Positions 11,149-21,986 of a stretch of 64,000 nt of DNA are shown piece after piece. Within the stretch, counting starts at the first letter, position 1. Every line of letters begins with the position of its first letter. The position numbers were made by a program, and so were the translations under genes. The notes under the pieces were generated by a model, which saw only the letters and a list, made by a program, of their open reading frames with translations, did not search any database and was not told where the DNA came from. Source of the DNA: Porphyridium purpureum (Eukaryota). The DNA lies in assembly GCA_008690995.1 (NCBI GenBank), contig VRMN01000001.1, positions 1,860,001 through 1,924,000 of the forward strand, written 5' to 3'.

Positions 11149-12954
11149 ATGATGGGCGAGGATGAAGAGAGCTGGTCACGGCGTGTGGAGCAGGAGATAG
11201 AGTTGGCGCGGATACGCAGCGACCAAGATGCCGCGCGCGCCGCGTTGGTGGAGCGCGAGCGCCGGAGGAAGCGGCGCGCGACGTTTGAACCGGCGGCGTC
11301 TGGAGAGCGACGCAGCGCTGACGCCGGCGGTGGTGGGGGTGGTGCGGCAGTTCGCGATCGGAATGTGCCGTCTGCGCAACCGGTCTGGGAATTGAAGCAG
11401 GAGGCGATAAAGCATGAGCTGGAGGCCACGCTCATCTCCACAAAGCTGGCGCTCGCACAGCTGCGCTTCGAACGCGACAGCCTCGAGCTCGAACTGCGCT
11501 CCATGCGTAAACGCTGGCACGCAGACGCGAGCGTAGTGCGCAGCGGCTCGCGCGCGCACGAGTGGGCGGGAGCGGACGATGCGAGGCTCAGCGACGCCCC
11601 GGAGGCGCGTGCCGATGCCGCCCTGGCAGTCGGTTCTGGCCTCCATTTCGGCACGCTCGTCTCGCACGACGGCGCACAACTCACATTCGAAGCAGATGCA
11701 GCGCGCGGCATCCTGTTGCACGAGGCTGCAGCAAACGTGGCTCGCGCCTCCCTGTCGTTCGCCGCCGAGCGCACACAGGATATACTACCGCTGCTTGATG
11801 TGCTGTCTGTTGACCGCCATGACCGCCACGACCAGCTGCACTTTGTCGGATTTGAGCGTGCTCTGAACGGTCTTGTTGCTCAACTCAAGTCCTGCAAGGC
11901 GCAGATCCAGGCCGAGAGAAGACATTTGGGTACGGGCGCCGCTCAGCCTGACAATGGGTCGTGGATGGGCACGATTGAAGGGAATGATCCATCCTTCTCG
12001 CCAGAAGCCGAGCGCGACAGCGTCGAGCAGGTTATGTTGCTTCTTGCTGAAGACCCAGACGTCGTGAGCACCCTTTGGGACAAAATTCAAAGGCAGACCC
12101 TCAGAGAGGACCCATCGTCGGTCGAAGGCCCGTCCAAGGCGTCGCCCGTCGCGCCTTCTCTGACCTCTGATACCACTGAGAGCACGAGGATGAGGCAGAC
12201 TACAGAAACAGGCGAGCCTCAAAAGTTGCCCTTGCAGCCTTCTCACGCTTTGTCTGCCGGCCTGTTTGTACCTCACGCGCGCATACTCACGAGCTCAAGA
12301 CTTGGTGTCCTGTGCTCCTGGCTGGACGCCGATCATGTCCGGCTTGCTCAGTGGGAACTTGCTTATGAGGAGGACTTCACACAGATAGAACAAGGGACAG
12401 TGACGTCTTCTTCTCCGGTAGGACGGCGAGTCGATGAGATGTGCCAGCTCATGCGCTCCTTTCCCGTTTTGGTGGTGATAAGGTCGTTTGACGGCCTAGA
12501 CTTTGGTGCCATGATCACCAGCGCACCACGAGTTTGCTCAGAGAAAGAGTTCGCCCCGGACGGCATGCACGACAATGGCCAGGATGACTCATTGACAAGC
12601 AGCTTTGTGTTCGTCCTCGGCCGGTCAAACGTGAAGCATCCGCTTGACATCGGCGAGGCTCGCCAATACAGATGGACGGGTGCGAGCGCCAGGCCCTGTC
12701 TGACGAATGGCCCACTCGGAAGTCTGTTCATCGGGGACGGCGGATATAGCTCTGTCGACGCCGAGAACGACATCACAAGTTCCTCACACCGCCACGGCTT
12801 TGCGCTGTGGCTAGACGCATCACTGCAATACGGGGCCTCGTACGCATGCTCCACATTCTGCAGCCCGCCGCTTAATCACCCGGCCTCCAACGTCTTCCGC
12901 ATCGAAAAGGTCGAGGCGTGGGCGTGCAGCGCGCCTCGTACAACGTCTCAATGA
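11149..12954 (+). CDS. TLDc-domain protein with N-terminal coiled coil
   Basis: C-terminal WELAY, LVVIRS...FGA, SFVF, YRWTG, LFIGDGG, FALWLDASLQYGASYACSTFCSPPL, FRIEKVEAW; first ATG at 11149. Confidence 0.88.
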   Translation: MMGEDEESWSRRVEQEIELARIRSDQDAARAALVERERRRKRRATFEPAASGERRSADAGGGGGGAAVRDRNVPSAQPVWELKQEAIKHELEATLISTKLALAQLRFERDSLELELRSMRKRWHADASVVRSGSRAHEWAGADDARLSDAPEARADAALAVGSGLHFGTLVSHDGAQLTFEADAARGILLHEAAANVARASLSFAAERTQDILPLLDVLSVDRHDRHDQLHFVGFERALNGLVAQLKSCKAQIQAERRHLGTGAAQPDNGSWMGTIEGNDPSFSPEAERDSVEQVMLLLAEDPDVVSTLWDKIQRQTLREDPSSVEGPSKASPVAPSLTSDTTESTRMRQTTETGEPQKLPLQPSHALSAGLFVPHARILTSSRLGVLCSWLDADHVRLAQWELAYEEDFTQIEQGTVTSSSPVGRRVDEMCQLMRSFPVLVVIRSFDGLDFGAMITSAPRVCSEKEFAPDGMHDNGQDDSLTSSFVFVLGRSNVKHPLDIGEARQYRWTGASARPCLTNGPLGSLFIGDGGYSSVDAENDITSSSHRHGFALWLDASLQYGASYACSTFCSPPLNHPASNVFRIEKVEAWACSAPRTTSQ

Positions 12955-13724
12955 CGCCATGTTCAACCTTTGTGCCGTCGTCGCGCCGGCCCTTCAAGAA
13001 CCCGCCACTCGCTGGAAGGATAGTTTGAATGACGCTCGAGCATCACCTGTAACTTGTGAATGCAAATGTACAACACCATGCCCTCTCGCCTTCCGCGCCC
13101 GCTCGCAGCCTTTTCGTGTGGCCAGCTGTCCTTGCGTCCGTGGCGTGCAGTCTGCGTCTCCACGTCGCTCAAACGGCGCACTACACGAAGACGCGAATCT
13201 GCCATTCACAGCGTTCACACTTCATGCATGACGACTCGCGGTCCTTGTGCGGCAGCGCCACAACCCGCGCGAGCCCGCTGCTTCGTCAGTTCACCTGTGT
13301 CTTTCCCATTTACACTACCCGACCGGGCATCCCACACCCCAGCAGCCACTGTACTCCAACGCCTCACTGTACTCCCTCCTCTCTCCCATATGCGCCGCTG
13401 CGGTACAGCGTTACACTAGCAAATTCAGCCTCAATGAAGCATCGCCACAAAACCCTAGCGCGTTTTGGTGCGTGTTGATATTGAAACGCGCCGTTCTTGC
13501 TAGCAAAGGCGAGATCCTTCGGCCTTGGAAGCACGTGGAGGTTCTGGATGTTCGTAGCAAGTGGGGGACGAGGCGGTGCACCTGGATAGCACGTGGATGG
13601 CACGTGGATAGTGGTTGAGACACGAGATAGACTCGACAAGGGGGTGAGCATCAGAGACGACCACGTTCGGACAGCTCGACTTGGGTTAGCACACGAGAAG
13701 TGACGGCACGCGGGCGAGAAGAAG

Positions 13725-15629
13725 ATGGGTTATACAATGACGTCGGCCTTCGCGACGCCGCGCGAAACGGCATTCGTGAGTGGTGTCACCGGCACGCCGT
13801 GTACGCGTGAGCGCGGCCGCGCGATATGCGTGTCTGGAAGGACCGAGCGCACGCGCGACGTCGGTAGTGGCGCAAGGCGGGCGAGAAGTTGTCGCGTGGC
13901 ATGCATGAGCACCGAGTCGCCGCAGCAGCAGGATGCGGCTGCGAAAGACGTCGCGCCAGAGTCATCGCCCTCGCCAGCGGACGGACAGACCTCCGCGGCG
14001 TCCTCGACATCTGCCTCCGCCTCGTCTCAGAAAGACGCCCATGGGTCCTCGGTGACGGCGCAGCAGATGCGCATGGAGGCCGAGCGGCTAAAGCTGCAGG
14101 CCCTGAAGGCAAAGCTGGAACAAGAGCGCGCCGAGCTCGCGGTGGAAAGGAGCAAGTTGGAACGCTCCAAGATGGGCTTCACGAAAAACGGTCTCGAGGC
14201 CGAAGAGTCGTCGTCTCAGACGCCTGGAAAAACGGACAATCCCGTGCCGGCGACTCCGACGGCAGAGCAGAGCAATGGCCACGCCCGTGAACCGTCTCAT
14301 GCGTCCAAGCCGGACGTCGAGCTGAAGACGGATCTGGACCAAAAGACCGAAAGGCTTTTGAAGGACATTGGCTACAACCAGAACGCGGCAAATAACAGTT
14401 CCAACCCGCTCGTGAAGGTGCTGCTTGCTGCCAACGTGCCGCTGATCTCCGAAGAGGACGTACAGGAACTGCAGGCACATGTGTTTGGCATGGGCTCCTT
14501 TTTCGTGACCAAGGTGATCAAAAGCCCGCTGCAGGACCGGGTCGTCTTTCGTGGCAACATGCGCGCAGGAATGGACTCGGACGCGGTGTTTGCTGCATTG
14601 ACGGCGAAAATGGACGAGCACAAACTAAGCGAACGCGTGCGTCTCTTCCTTTTGGAAGATATCGAGAATGACAAGCGCCCTGTGGTCATTGCGCTTCCGG
14701 CGCGTGCGACGCCGGCACCCAGCCGTGCGCGTGACTTCTTCGCGGTCGTGGCGGGTGTGCTGTCGTTGCTGACATGCGCGGGCTACTCGGTTGGGTCGTT
14801 TGGCCTGAATCCGAAATTTATGGAGCAAATTGCACAGGGCAACACGGAGGAGTTGTGGGCTGCGCTTCCCATTGCTTTGGGTACTTTCGGGATCATGCTT
14901 GCGCATGATATCGCGCAGCGCATAGTGGCGGCGCAAAAGAACATTGAGCTCGGGTTGCCGTTGTTCGTTCCCAGCCTTCAGTTGGGCACATACGGTGCGA
15001 TCACACCTTTCATATCGTTCCCGAAAGATCGCAATGACATGTTCGACGTGGCTGCGGTGGGTCCTCTTGTTGGCATGATTTTGTCTTTATCATCGTTGGT
15101 TTCAGGGCTCTATATGTCTGGTCTGGTGAGTACGGAGGCTGCTGCGTCGCTGCCGACCATTCCGACGGCGCTGTTCCACAGTTCGCTTCTTCTGAACACG
15201 TTTGCGTCGAGCCTGCTTCCGGACGGGCTGCTTCAGCAAAGCACAATTAGTGTTCATCCATTGGTCGTTGTCGGGTACACAGGCGCTCTGATTAATGCCT
15301 TGAACTTGATTCCGGTGGGCCGCCTCGACGGCGGGCGAATTGTCCAAAGCGTCCTCGGGCGCGCGCGCGCTGGTATCTTCAGCACGGTGGCTCTTGCGCT
15401 GCAGGGCTTCAGCAGTATTCTTGGTGGGAACTCGTTGCTCCTGATTTGGGGCCTAATTACTATCTTTCTTCAGCGCGAACCAGAAATTCCGTGCCAGAAT
15501 GAAATTTCAGAACCCTCGGAGGCTCGAAGTGCCATGGGCACCTTTCTGCTTGCGTTGGCCCTGTTGATTTTACTTCCCGTTCCCGGTGGCATAGGGTCGC
15601 TGTCGAATCTCACGGGTGGCGGGGCTTAA
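13725..15629 (+). CDS. EGY-family (peptidase M50/site-2 protease-like) plastid membrane protein, HExxH degenerate
   Basis: Transit-like N-terminus; VFGMGSFFVT...FRGNMR, PLFVPSLQLGTYGAI, FDVAAVGPLVG, HPL, NALNLIPVGRLDGGR; multiple TMs; HExxH position reads HDIAQ. Confidence 0.9.
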   Translation: MGYTMTSAFATPRETAFVSGVTGTPCTRERGRAICVSGRTERTRDVGSGARRARSCRVACMSTESPQQQDAAAKDVAPESSPSPADGQTSAASSTSASASSQKDAHGSSVTAQQMRMEAERLKLQALKAKLEQERAELAVERSKLERSKMGFTKNGLEAEESSSQTPGKTDNPVPATPTAEQSNGHAREPSHASKPDVELKTDLDQKTERLLKDIGYNQNAANNSSNPLVKVLLAANVPLISEEDVQELQAHVFGMGSFFVTKVIKSPLQDRVVFRGNMRAGMDSDAVFAALTAKMDEHKLSERVRLFLLEDIENDKRPVVIALPARATPAPSRARDFFAVVAGVLSLLTCAGYSVGSFGLNPKFMEQIAQGNTEELWAALPIALGTFGIMLAHDIAQRIVAAQKNIELGLPLFVPSLQLGTYGAITPFISFPKDRNDMFDVAAVGPLVGMILSLSSLVSGLYMSGLVSTEAAASLPTIPTALFHSSLLLNTFASSLLPDGLLQQSTISVHPLVVVGYTGALINALNLIPVGRLDGGRIVQSVLGRARAGIFSTVALALQGFSSILGGNSLLLIWGLITIFLQREPEIPCQNEISEPSEARSAMGTFLLALALLILLPVPGGIGSLSNLTGGGA

Positions 15630-16573
15630 ATGACGACCCGCGCTTCGGCATGCGTATTTGTACTTTTACTGGAGCTCGTGTAAAGCTTAATCTGTTCAAG
15701 CTCGCCCCTTCCTTCAAACCGGCGGGTACCGAAGTGGGGCTGAAAGCCAAATGCGCGTGATTGCGCGGGACTTGGAGCGCCCCTGGAACCCTGCGTTGGT
15801 CACTTTCAAGCAATACCACCAACTAGAAGTGCGTCGGACGAGCTTTGCCGCTGCGCTCACGCGCATGGGGCTCGCACTCGTCTGCTCCAGTGTCAACTGA
15901 CAGTCCCCCGAAGCCCGGCACTTGCCGCCTTCCCCCTGATGAGCAACCCCGCATGCACTAAAACTCGTCGTTTTGATAGGAACATACTTGAATACAGCTT
16001 TCTTCTGAAGCACGGGGTTGCGTGTCTCGACTGTGCGTAGCGCGAAGACGGGAGAGGCAGTGGGGCCGCGTGAGAGAGAAGAGCGAGAGCTCGCATGCAC
16101 ATACCCGCACATACGCCCACCCAAGCACACGTCGGCTCTGACACCGTTTGGTTCGCGCTCACGGGCCTACGCGGCTTCCTGACAACCAAGCAATCCATTC
16201 GCTGTCGCAGCCAAGTCGCCCGGCGCATTCGTGTCGGCAGAAAGGAATGCACAGTCACGAGAGGAAGGACGACGCTACGGGCGGACGTACGTAAGAGCAA
16301 GATTCTTGCACGAACGCGCAAACAGCTGCTTGGCACGTGCCAAACGAGCCTGGTTCGGTTGTGGGAGGCAAGTTCGTTGTTCACGCGGATGCGGGGTCAA
16401 GCGAGCAGCGTTATAAAGCGGGAGCGCTGGGGCGCGGGAGCGAGAAGCGGGTGAGGACAGTTTCAGTGCGAACGTGAGCGCTTGCTTTCGTGGCGGCGTC
16501 GTGCTTCTCCCTCTTGGACATGCGAACGGCCACGCAACGAAAGTAAGGAGCATTCGTATCACGCTTGTACATA

Positions 16574-18580
16574 ATGAGGGCCAAGGGGAACATCTTTCTC
16601 AAGAAATTCGGGTTGGGGAAAAACAGCGGCTCAAACAGCTGCGACGACGATGTCGAGGGAAATTGTGACTCGAGCATACAGCGATTTCTTTCAAGAGACA
16701 GCGACGGCGGCGCAGGCTCGGGCTTTGGGGTGAGTATCGGCAGCGCAAGTAGCACACATGGACCATCACCGTCAGCGGCAAGTCAGCAGCACAATCAGCA
16801 GAGGATTCCTCTTTTCAGTCCAAGAATAGGTTTACGCTCGCCGAGACAAAAGGATGTATCCGAAGCAGCCGGCTGCAAGCCGGCGACGTTCCCTTCTACC
16901 GTGATTGTTTCGCCCACGTCTGTGGGTGATGCCAAGTCGGTACGCGGACCCGTGGCATCGCTTTGGAAGTCGCCACGATCTTCCGGCACGCCAAAGTCGC
17001 CCTCGGGAGTGGGAACTGGTTTTATCTCACCCAAGGAAGGAGCCATAGTAAGAGAGAGCAAACGGGAAGAAAGCAGACACTCAGGCTCGCGCAGTGCGCC
17101 CTCCTCATCGGATAAACCGGCCGGGCTTGATAATTCGATGGATTCCGCAACGGAGGCACGCTCCCTGTTCAAATCTCGGCCGCGCGGCGCTACTGCTTCA
17201 AAGCAGCAGTCATCGATGGTATCAGGCACACGTAGTCCCATGCGGGATGCGGCACTGGCAAGAATACGCCAGTCGAATCGCGAATTGTCCTTAGCGTCAG
17301 TCCGCGAGGACTCTGCGCACCGTCTTTCTTTGGAAGGGTCGCTGACAGACAGCGTTTCGCAAGTGCGCATCAACGGCTTCGCAGAGTCTGACAACGACAA
17401 TCAGTCACCAGCGCAAAATGGCACCGACACGCCGCAGAAACAGCAGCAACAGTCTGTATCGCCGAGGACGTCAGGCGTTTTAAGAATTGGTAGGAAGGGC
17501 AAAGGGACAAAGCGTCCTGTCATGCTCTCTGACGTAGGTGTAGGAACAAGTGACATTTTGCAGGTGGGCAAGGCGTCTGAGGCCATGTTTGCCGGCTCAA
17601 AATTCACCTCGAACGATTTCGTCATCTCGAAGCAAGGAATGGAGAACACGCCAGCATCGCTGGTGCACCTTCGATCCAAGGGTAATTCTCTGGAGGACAT
17701 TGCGCCAAGTCCTCATAATCATGTGCAGATTGACTCGTTACATGACTTGGAAATTTTACGAGTTCTCGGTCAGGGCGCCGGTGGCAAGGTCTTGCTGGGG
17801 CAGCACGTACCGAGTGGCAGAAAGCTGGCCATCAAGGTCATCAACGTGTACGATGAGAAAAAGCGAGAGCAGCTCATCAAGGAACTGCAAACGCTCATGA
17901 TGTTTACCAGCCGGTTCTTGGTGCGCTTCCACAACGCCTTTTACGACGGCAAGGGCCAAGTGCACGTTGCGCTCGAGTATATGGATTGCGGTGCGCTGAG
18001 TGATTTCATTAAGAAGCGCGGGCCCATTCCAGAACAGTGGACGAATTACATTGCGTATCATTGTTTGTACGGGCTCAAGTTCTTGCATGACTCGAAGCAT
18101 CTGCATCGCGATTTCAAGACAGCCAACGTCCTGCTGAGTGCCGAGATGAAGCGCGCCAAGTTGTCTGATTTTGGGTTGTCCCGCGCGATGAATGGAGTTC
18201 TTTCCAAGGCGCAGACTTTTGTAGGTACTATGGGTTATATGTCGCCTGAGCGACTTAGCGGCTCGCCGTATACGTACGCCAGCGACATCTGGGGTTTGGG
18301 CGTCAGTCTAGCTGAGTGCTTGCTTGGCAAGTACCCGTGGCAGAACGTGAAGCCTCAGGTCTACTTTGACTATATTGAGGCAGCGGATACGGAACCACTG
18401 TTGCCACCTGGAGTTTACTCGGAGCCATGCGAGGATTTCATCTTCCGCTGCTGCCACCCGGACCCGGCCGTACGTCCGCGTGTCGACGCTCTTCTAGCCC
18501 ATCCGTGGATTGCAAACGTGAAACGTGATCATGCTGCGTTTGGCGCCTTCCTGCGGGGGGACGCGAGTTCAATTAGCTGA
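16574..18580 (+). CDS. Mitogen-activated protein kinase kinase (STE7/MKK family) with long disordered N-terminus
   Basis: LGQGAGG, AIKVI, EYMDCGAL, HRDFKTAN, DFG, TFVGTMGYMSPERL, SDIWGLG. Confidence 0.92.
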   Translation: MRAKGNIFLKKFGLGKNSGSNSCDDDVEGNCDSSIQRFLSRDSDGGAGSGFGVSIGSASSTHGPSPSAASQQHNQQRIPLFSPRIGLRSPRQKDVSEAAGCKPATFPSTVIVSPTSVGDAKSVRGPVASLWKSPRSSGTPKSPSGVGTGFISPKEGAIVRESKREESRHSGSRSAPSSSDKPAGLDNSMDSATEARSLFKSRPRGATASKQQSSMVSGTRSPMRDAALARIRQSNRELSLASVREDSAHRLSLEGSLTDSVSQVRINGFAESDNDNQSPAQNGTDTPQKQQQQSVSPRTSGVLRIGRKGKGTKRPVMLSDVGVGTSDILQVGKASEAMFAGSKFTSNDFVISKQGMENTPASLVHLRSKGNSLEDIAPSPHNHVQIDSLHDLEILRVLGQGAGGKVLLGQHVPSGRKLAIKVINVYDEKKREQLIKELQTLMMFTSRFLVRFHNAFYDGKGQVHVALEYMDCGALSDFIKKRGPIPEQWTNYIAYHCLYGLKFLHDSKHLHRDFKTANVLLSAEMKRAKLSDFGLSRAMNGVLSKAQTFVGTMGYMSPERLSGSPYTYASDIWGLGVSLAECLLGKYPWQNVKPQVYFDYIEAADTEPLLPPGVYSEPCEDFIFRCCHPDPAVRPRVDALLAHPWIANVKRDHAAFGAFLRGDASSIS

Positions 18581-18776
18581 AGGTAATGCTCGATAAACCA
18601 CGTGTACATAGAATTGGGTACTCTGTCGGCTCTGTTTGCAGCGCTTTGATCGGTACCGCAGTCATCGGTCAGGTGATTTCACAGTCGACCACCATTTGAT
18701 CATCTCATCATCTACATTGTCTGACCTCAGGCGCGAAAGGACGTGCTCGACAAGAAGCCTGGTCGACATATTTACC

Positions 18777-19442
18777 ATGAGCACAGATGGCCCTGCGCAC
18801 GCACGCTCGGGAGAAAGCGCCGCCGAGCTGGAAGCGTACAGCGACCGGCTGACTTGTCAGCTCGTGCGACTAGGGGAGGCGGGTGCCACACCTGACGCAA
18901 TACAGGCAGTCAGAGACGAGCTCGAGCGCATAGAAGACTTGTTGCTCGAAGTCCAGGTTACAAGCCGCGACGCCGACGGAAGACATGACCAGCACAAGCA
19001 AGCATTGGTGCCAGGTCCTGAATTACATGTTCGCTCACGCTCCTCTGAAGATGCGGATTCGTTTCAAGACTTATTACAGTCGGACGCGAGTACGACACCG
19101 CCACCAAGCAGTTCAGACGAGATTGAAGCCGTCGCGGTCGCACAAAGAATAGAGGAAGCAGCTGCGAGAGCAAGGTCGCACGGTGCACCAAGACCGCAAG
19201 CGAGCGGCGAGACTACGCGAGATCAGAATGCTGATAAAGGGGCCTCATCGGCGGGACCGTACAAGGATGCAAACTTGCAGGCTCGCTTGAATGAGACACT
19301 TGCGCGTGCGCACGAGCGTGGCGAGAAGCTCGACAAATTAGATGAAAAGTCAGCTGCCATGTTCGCAGAAGCCCAGGACTTTCATTCTAGCGCCACCAAG
19401 CTGCGGAAGAAGATGCAGAAGCAAAGCATGAAACTTTTCTAA
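18777..19442 (+). CDS. Small soluble R-SNARE-motif protein (synaptobrevin/tomosyn-like, no TM)
   Basis: C-terminal LNETLARAHERGEKLDKLDEKSAAMFAEAQDFHSSATKLRKKM with zero-layer Arg (ERGEKL); no hydrophobic tail. Confidence 0.8.
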   Translation: MSTDGPAHARSGESAAELEAYSDRLTCQLVRLGEAGATPDAIQAVRDELERIEDLLLEVQVTSRDADGRHDQHKQALVPGPELHVRSRSSEDADSFQDLLQSDASTTPPPSSSDEIEAVAVAQRIEEAAARARSHGAPRPQASGETTRDQNADKGASSAGPYKDANLQARLNETLARAHERGEKLDKLDEKSAAMFAEAQDFHSSATKLRKKMQKQSMKLF

Positions 19443-19563
19443 ACGTGTATTTGACACTTGTGTTACAAGATAATATTCGCTCTCGTGGTATCTATGCGCG
19501 TGGTTCCTGTAACCGTAGCACAGGCCGCTCTAGCACAGATATCCCATGCTTGGCGTGCAAATT

Positions 19564-21054
19564 TCACAATGTTCTCCACAAACTGCTCGGGTCTTCCTCT
19601 ACGCGCAATTCGACATCGAGCACAACTGTGCACAGCTTATGGCCGGCTCTGGGACCAGCAATCGCTACCATCGAGCACAGCTCCTTCCCAACCCATACTT
19701 TCCCACTTGGAGCTCGCTTCATGGTCAGGCTGTTTGTGACACGCAGGACTTCCTGTGTCTGGGCAATATCTACGTACCCAAAGAGCAGCGCGTCCGGTCC
19801 CGAAGCGAATCCAGACAGTGGCAACGGAATCGGCCCTGGATTCACTAGATGCACCACCGCGCCCGAGCGCAAAAGACATGTGCCTGGTTGCAAGGACATA
19901 TCAGTCAACTTATTCGGTACCAAATTTGGACGAAGAATCGCCCCCGCAGCCATTTCTGCGCTTGACGCGCGGAAACGGGCGGAAAGGACGCGATAAGCTT
20001 TCCACTCCAGGTCTTTTCCGAGCTCTGGCAACACAGACGGAGAACTGGCACCCGGACCGCGTAGCTGGTTTGCAAGTGAATGGAGCGCTGCATAGTCCAC
20101 GCGTGTCGGGTCCTCCAGTGCTCCTGCATGCACGCCCTCGAGCTCACCATTCTTCAGCAGCTTACCAAAGCGCACAACATTTTCCGGTACGCCGCACGAA
20201 GCTGCGGTGACAAGCGCCATCATGATCGTGGTCTTCGATGCCTGCCGGATGCTGGCAAAGAGTGGCTTCGTTGCCTTGTCGTACAGTGTGTGGATCTTTA
20301 CCTCGTCCTGCAGCATGAATGCTACATCCAGCTGCGTCGCGCACAACTTGCCACGCATGTCGTCGTCCTCCAGCAGTTCCAGACTTTGGCTCTTGCCGTT
20401 ATTCAGCTTGTCCAAAATGTCCCACGCCGATTCCAAGTAGGTTGCGCGGAATGATTCTAATGCTTCAGGCACGCCGATGCCACCCGCACCAGGACTCGTC
20501 GCCGCGCTCTCCCGTTCCAGCTGCATCTGCCTTTCACCTAGCGTTTTTGCGTGCTGCTGGAACATCATCAGACAGTATTGCGCGACGAGCACGCGCGTTG
20601 CGGGAGAGTACGTGTGTATACTCGCCTCGGCACGCTGCATTCTCTTCAGGTTGGAGCGCTCGGTCTTTTCGTCGATGCGCTCTTCTTTTCCCAGCTGCTC
20701 GACGCATTCAGCCAAGTCCTTGAGCAGAATTTTCTCCAACGAACTCATCCCCTTTGGCAGATCTGACACGAGCGCCTCCTTTTCCTCCTGCTTGACAGCG
20801 CCCGCGCTGCGGCGCGACGTTTTGCGCCCGATCTTGTGCCCATTGTCCCCGCCGCTTCCCTTGCCCGCCACTGCCGCCCTGGCGGCGCGTGACACGGCCA
20901 ATTCCCCCGACTGTGCCTTATCATTCTGCAGTTCCGCGCACGCGGCGTCACGGCTGCTGGCACAGTACCGATACCATCCGTACGCCAGCGCCGCCGAGCC
21001 GACTGCCACGCCGGACACCAATGCCGCGACTTTGTACACCTGCGCGCGCTCCAT
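19564..21054 (-). CDS. Hypothetical protein with N-terminal membrane anchor
   Basis: About 496-aa ORF; VAALVSGVAVGSAALAYGWY anchor followed by helical and then beta-rich regions; upstream GTACAGTG motifs. Confidence 0.7.
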   Translation of the reverse strand: MERAQVYKVAALVSGVAVGSAALAYGWYRYCASSRDAACAELQNDKAQSGELAVSRAARAAVAGKGSGGDNGHKIGRKTSRRSAGAVKQEEKEALVSDLPKGMSSLEKILLKDLAECVEQLGKEERIDEKTERSNLKRMQRAEASIHTYSPATRVLVAQYCLMMFQQHAKTLGERQMQLERESAATSPGAGGIGVPEALESFRATYLESAWDILDKLNNGKSQSLELLEDDDMRGKLCATQLDVAFMLQDEVKIHTLYDKATKPLFASIRQASKTTIMMALVTAASCGVPENVVRFGKLLKNGELEGVHAGALEDPTRVDYAALHSLANQLRGPGASSPSVLPELGKDLEWKAYRVLSARFRASSAEMAAGAILRPNLVPNKLTDMSLQPGTCLLRSGAVVHLVNPGPIPLPLSGFASGPDALLFGYVDIAQTQEVLRVTNSLTMKRAPSGKVWVGKELCSMVAIAGPRAGHKLCTVVLDVELRVEEDPSSLWRTL

Positions 21055-21986
21055 ACGCGAAACCACTGTCCGTTACCCACTGCTGCCAGATTCTGTCCGC
21101 CACACGCTCCGCGCGCTGCTGTGCTGCTCTTCCTCGCGTGCAGGTCACTGCGCAACTTCCTTTCCACCCACACGCCCTGTCGCCTCCCTTTCGCCCCACT
21201 TGCACTAGCCGCCACACGCACACGCGCGCTTCACGGCGCGCCGTCATCAAACACTGTACCTCCACGCACACACACACCCAGAAAACCGCACAACTAAACG
21301 CGCACTGTACTTGTGTACTGTGGTAGGGTTTGTTTTGTTCGTGGAATTTGAGGGGCATGAAGTACAGTGGCTACTGTACTTTTAGTATAATTTTTTTGGG
21401 AACGGATTCGGAGTATTTTGGGACAAGGGAAAAGCCCAAAAAAGCCAGCAAAAGAAAACCCGCGTGTGAGAAGAGAAGCCACCCAAAGCGAGCTAGAAGA
21501 ACCACTGCGCAAACAGGCTTTGTGCGCGGTGTGGCGCCGCACACAGTGGCGTTGCTGTTGTGCTGTGGAGTTGTTGTCGCTGCTGATGTGAATCCGTGTC
21601 GCGGCGTCCGTTTTGTTGGCATGGAGGAAGTGGCTCGAACCGCTCGTGGCCGCGCAAGAAACGACCTGACTAGGAACTGTGACGTGTCTGACAGCCAGCG
21701 CACAAAGCCACGCACAAAGCGCGTCCAGCTGTGCTTCGACGCAGCGGAGTTCACGCAGCATTGGGTGGCTTTGAAAGTGGAGACGGCTCGCCGCGGTACT
21801 TTTCTAACTTCGTAGCATCGTTCGTGTGGGTAGACATGCGTATATTTAGTGCACACGGATGTCGCTGGTCACACGAAAACGCCGCGCACGAGTACTTAAA
21901 CGGATCGTGTCGCGGCGGCCACCACCTGTGTTCCCCGCAACACAGAAGCACAAGCTTGTATAGACCGCGAGACGAGACGCGCCGCC

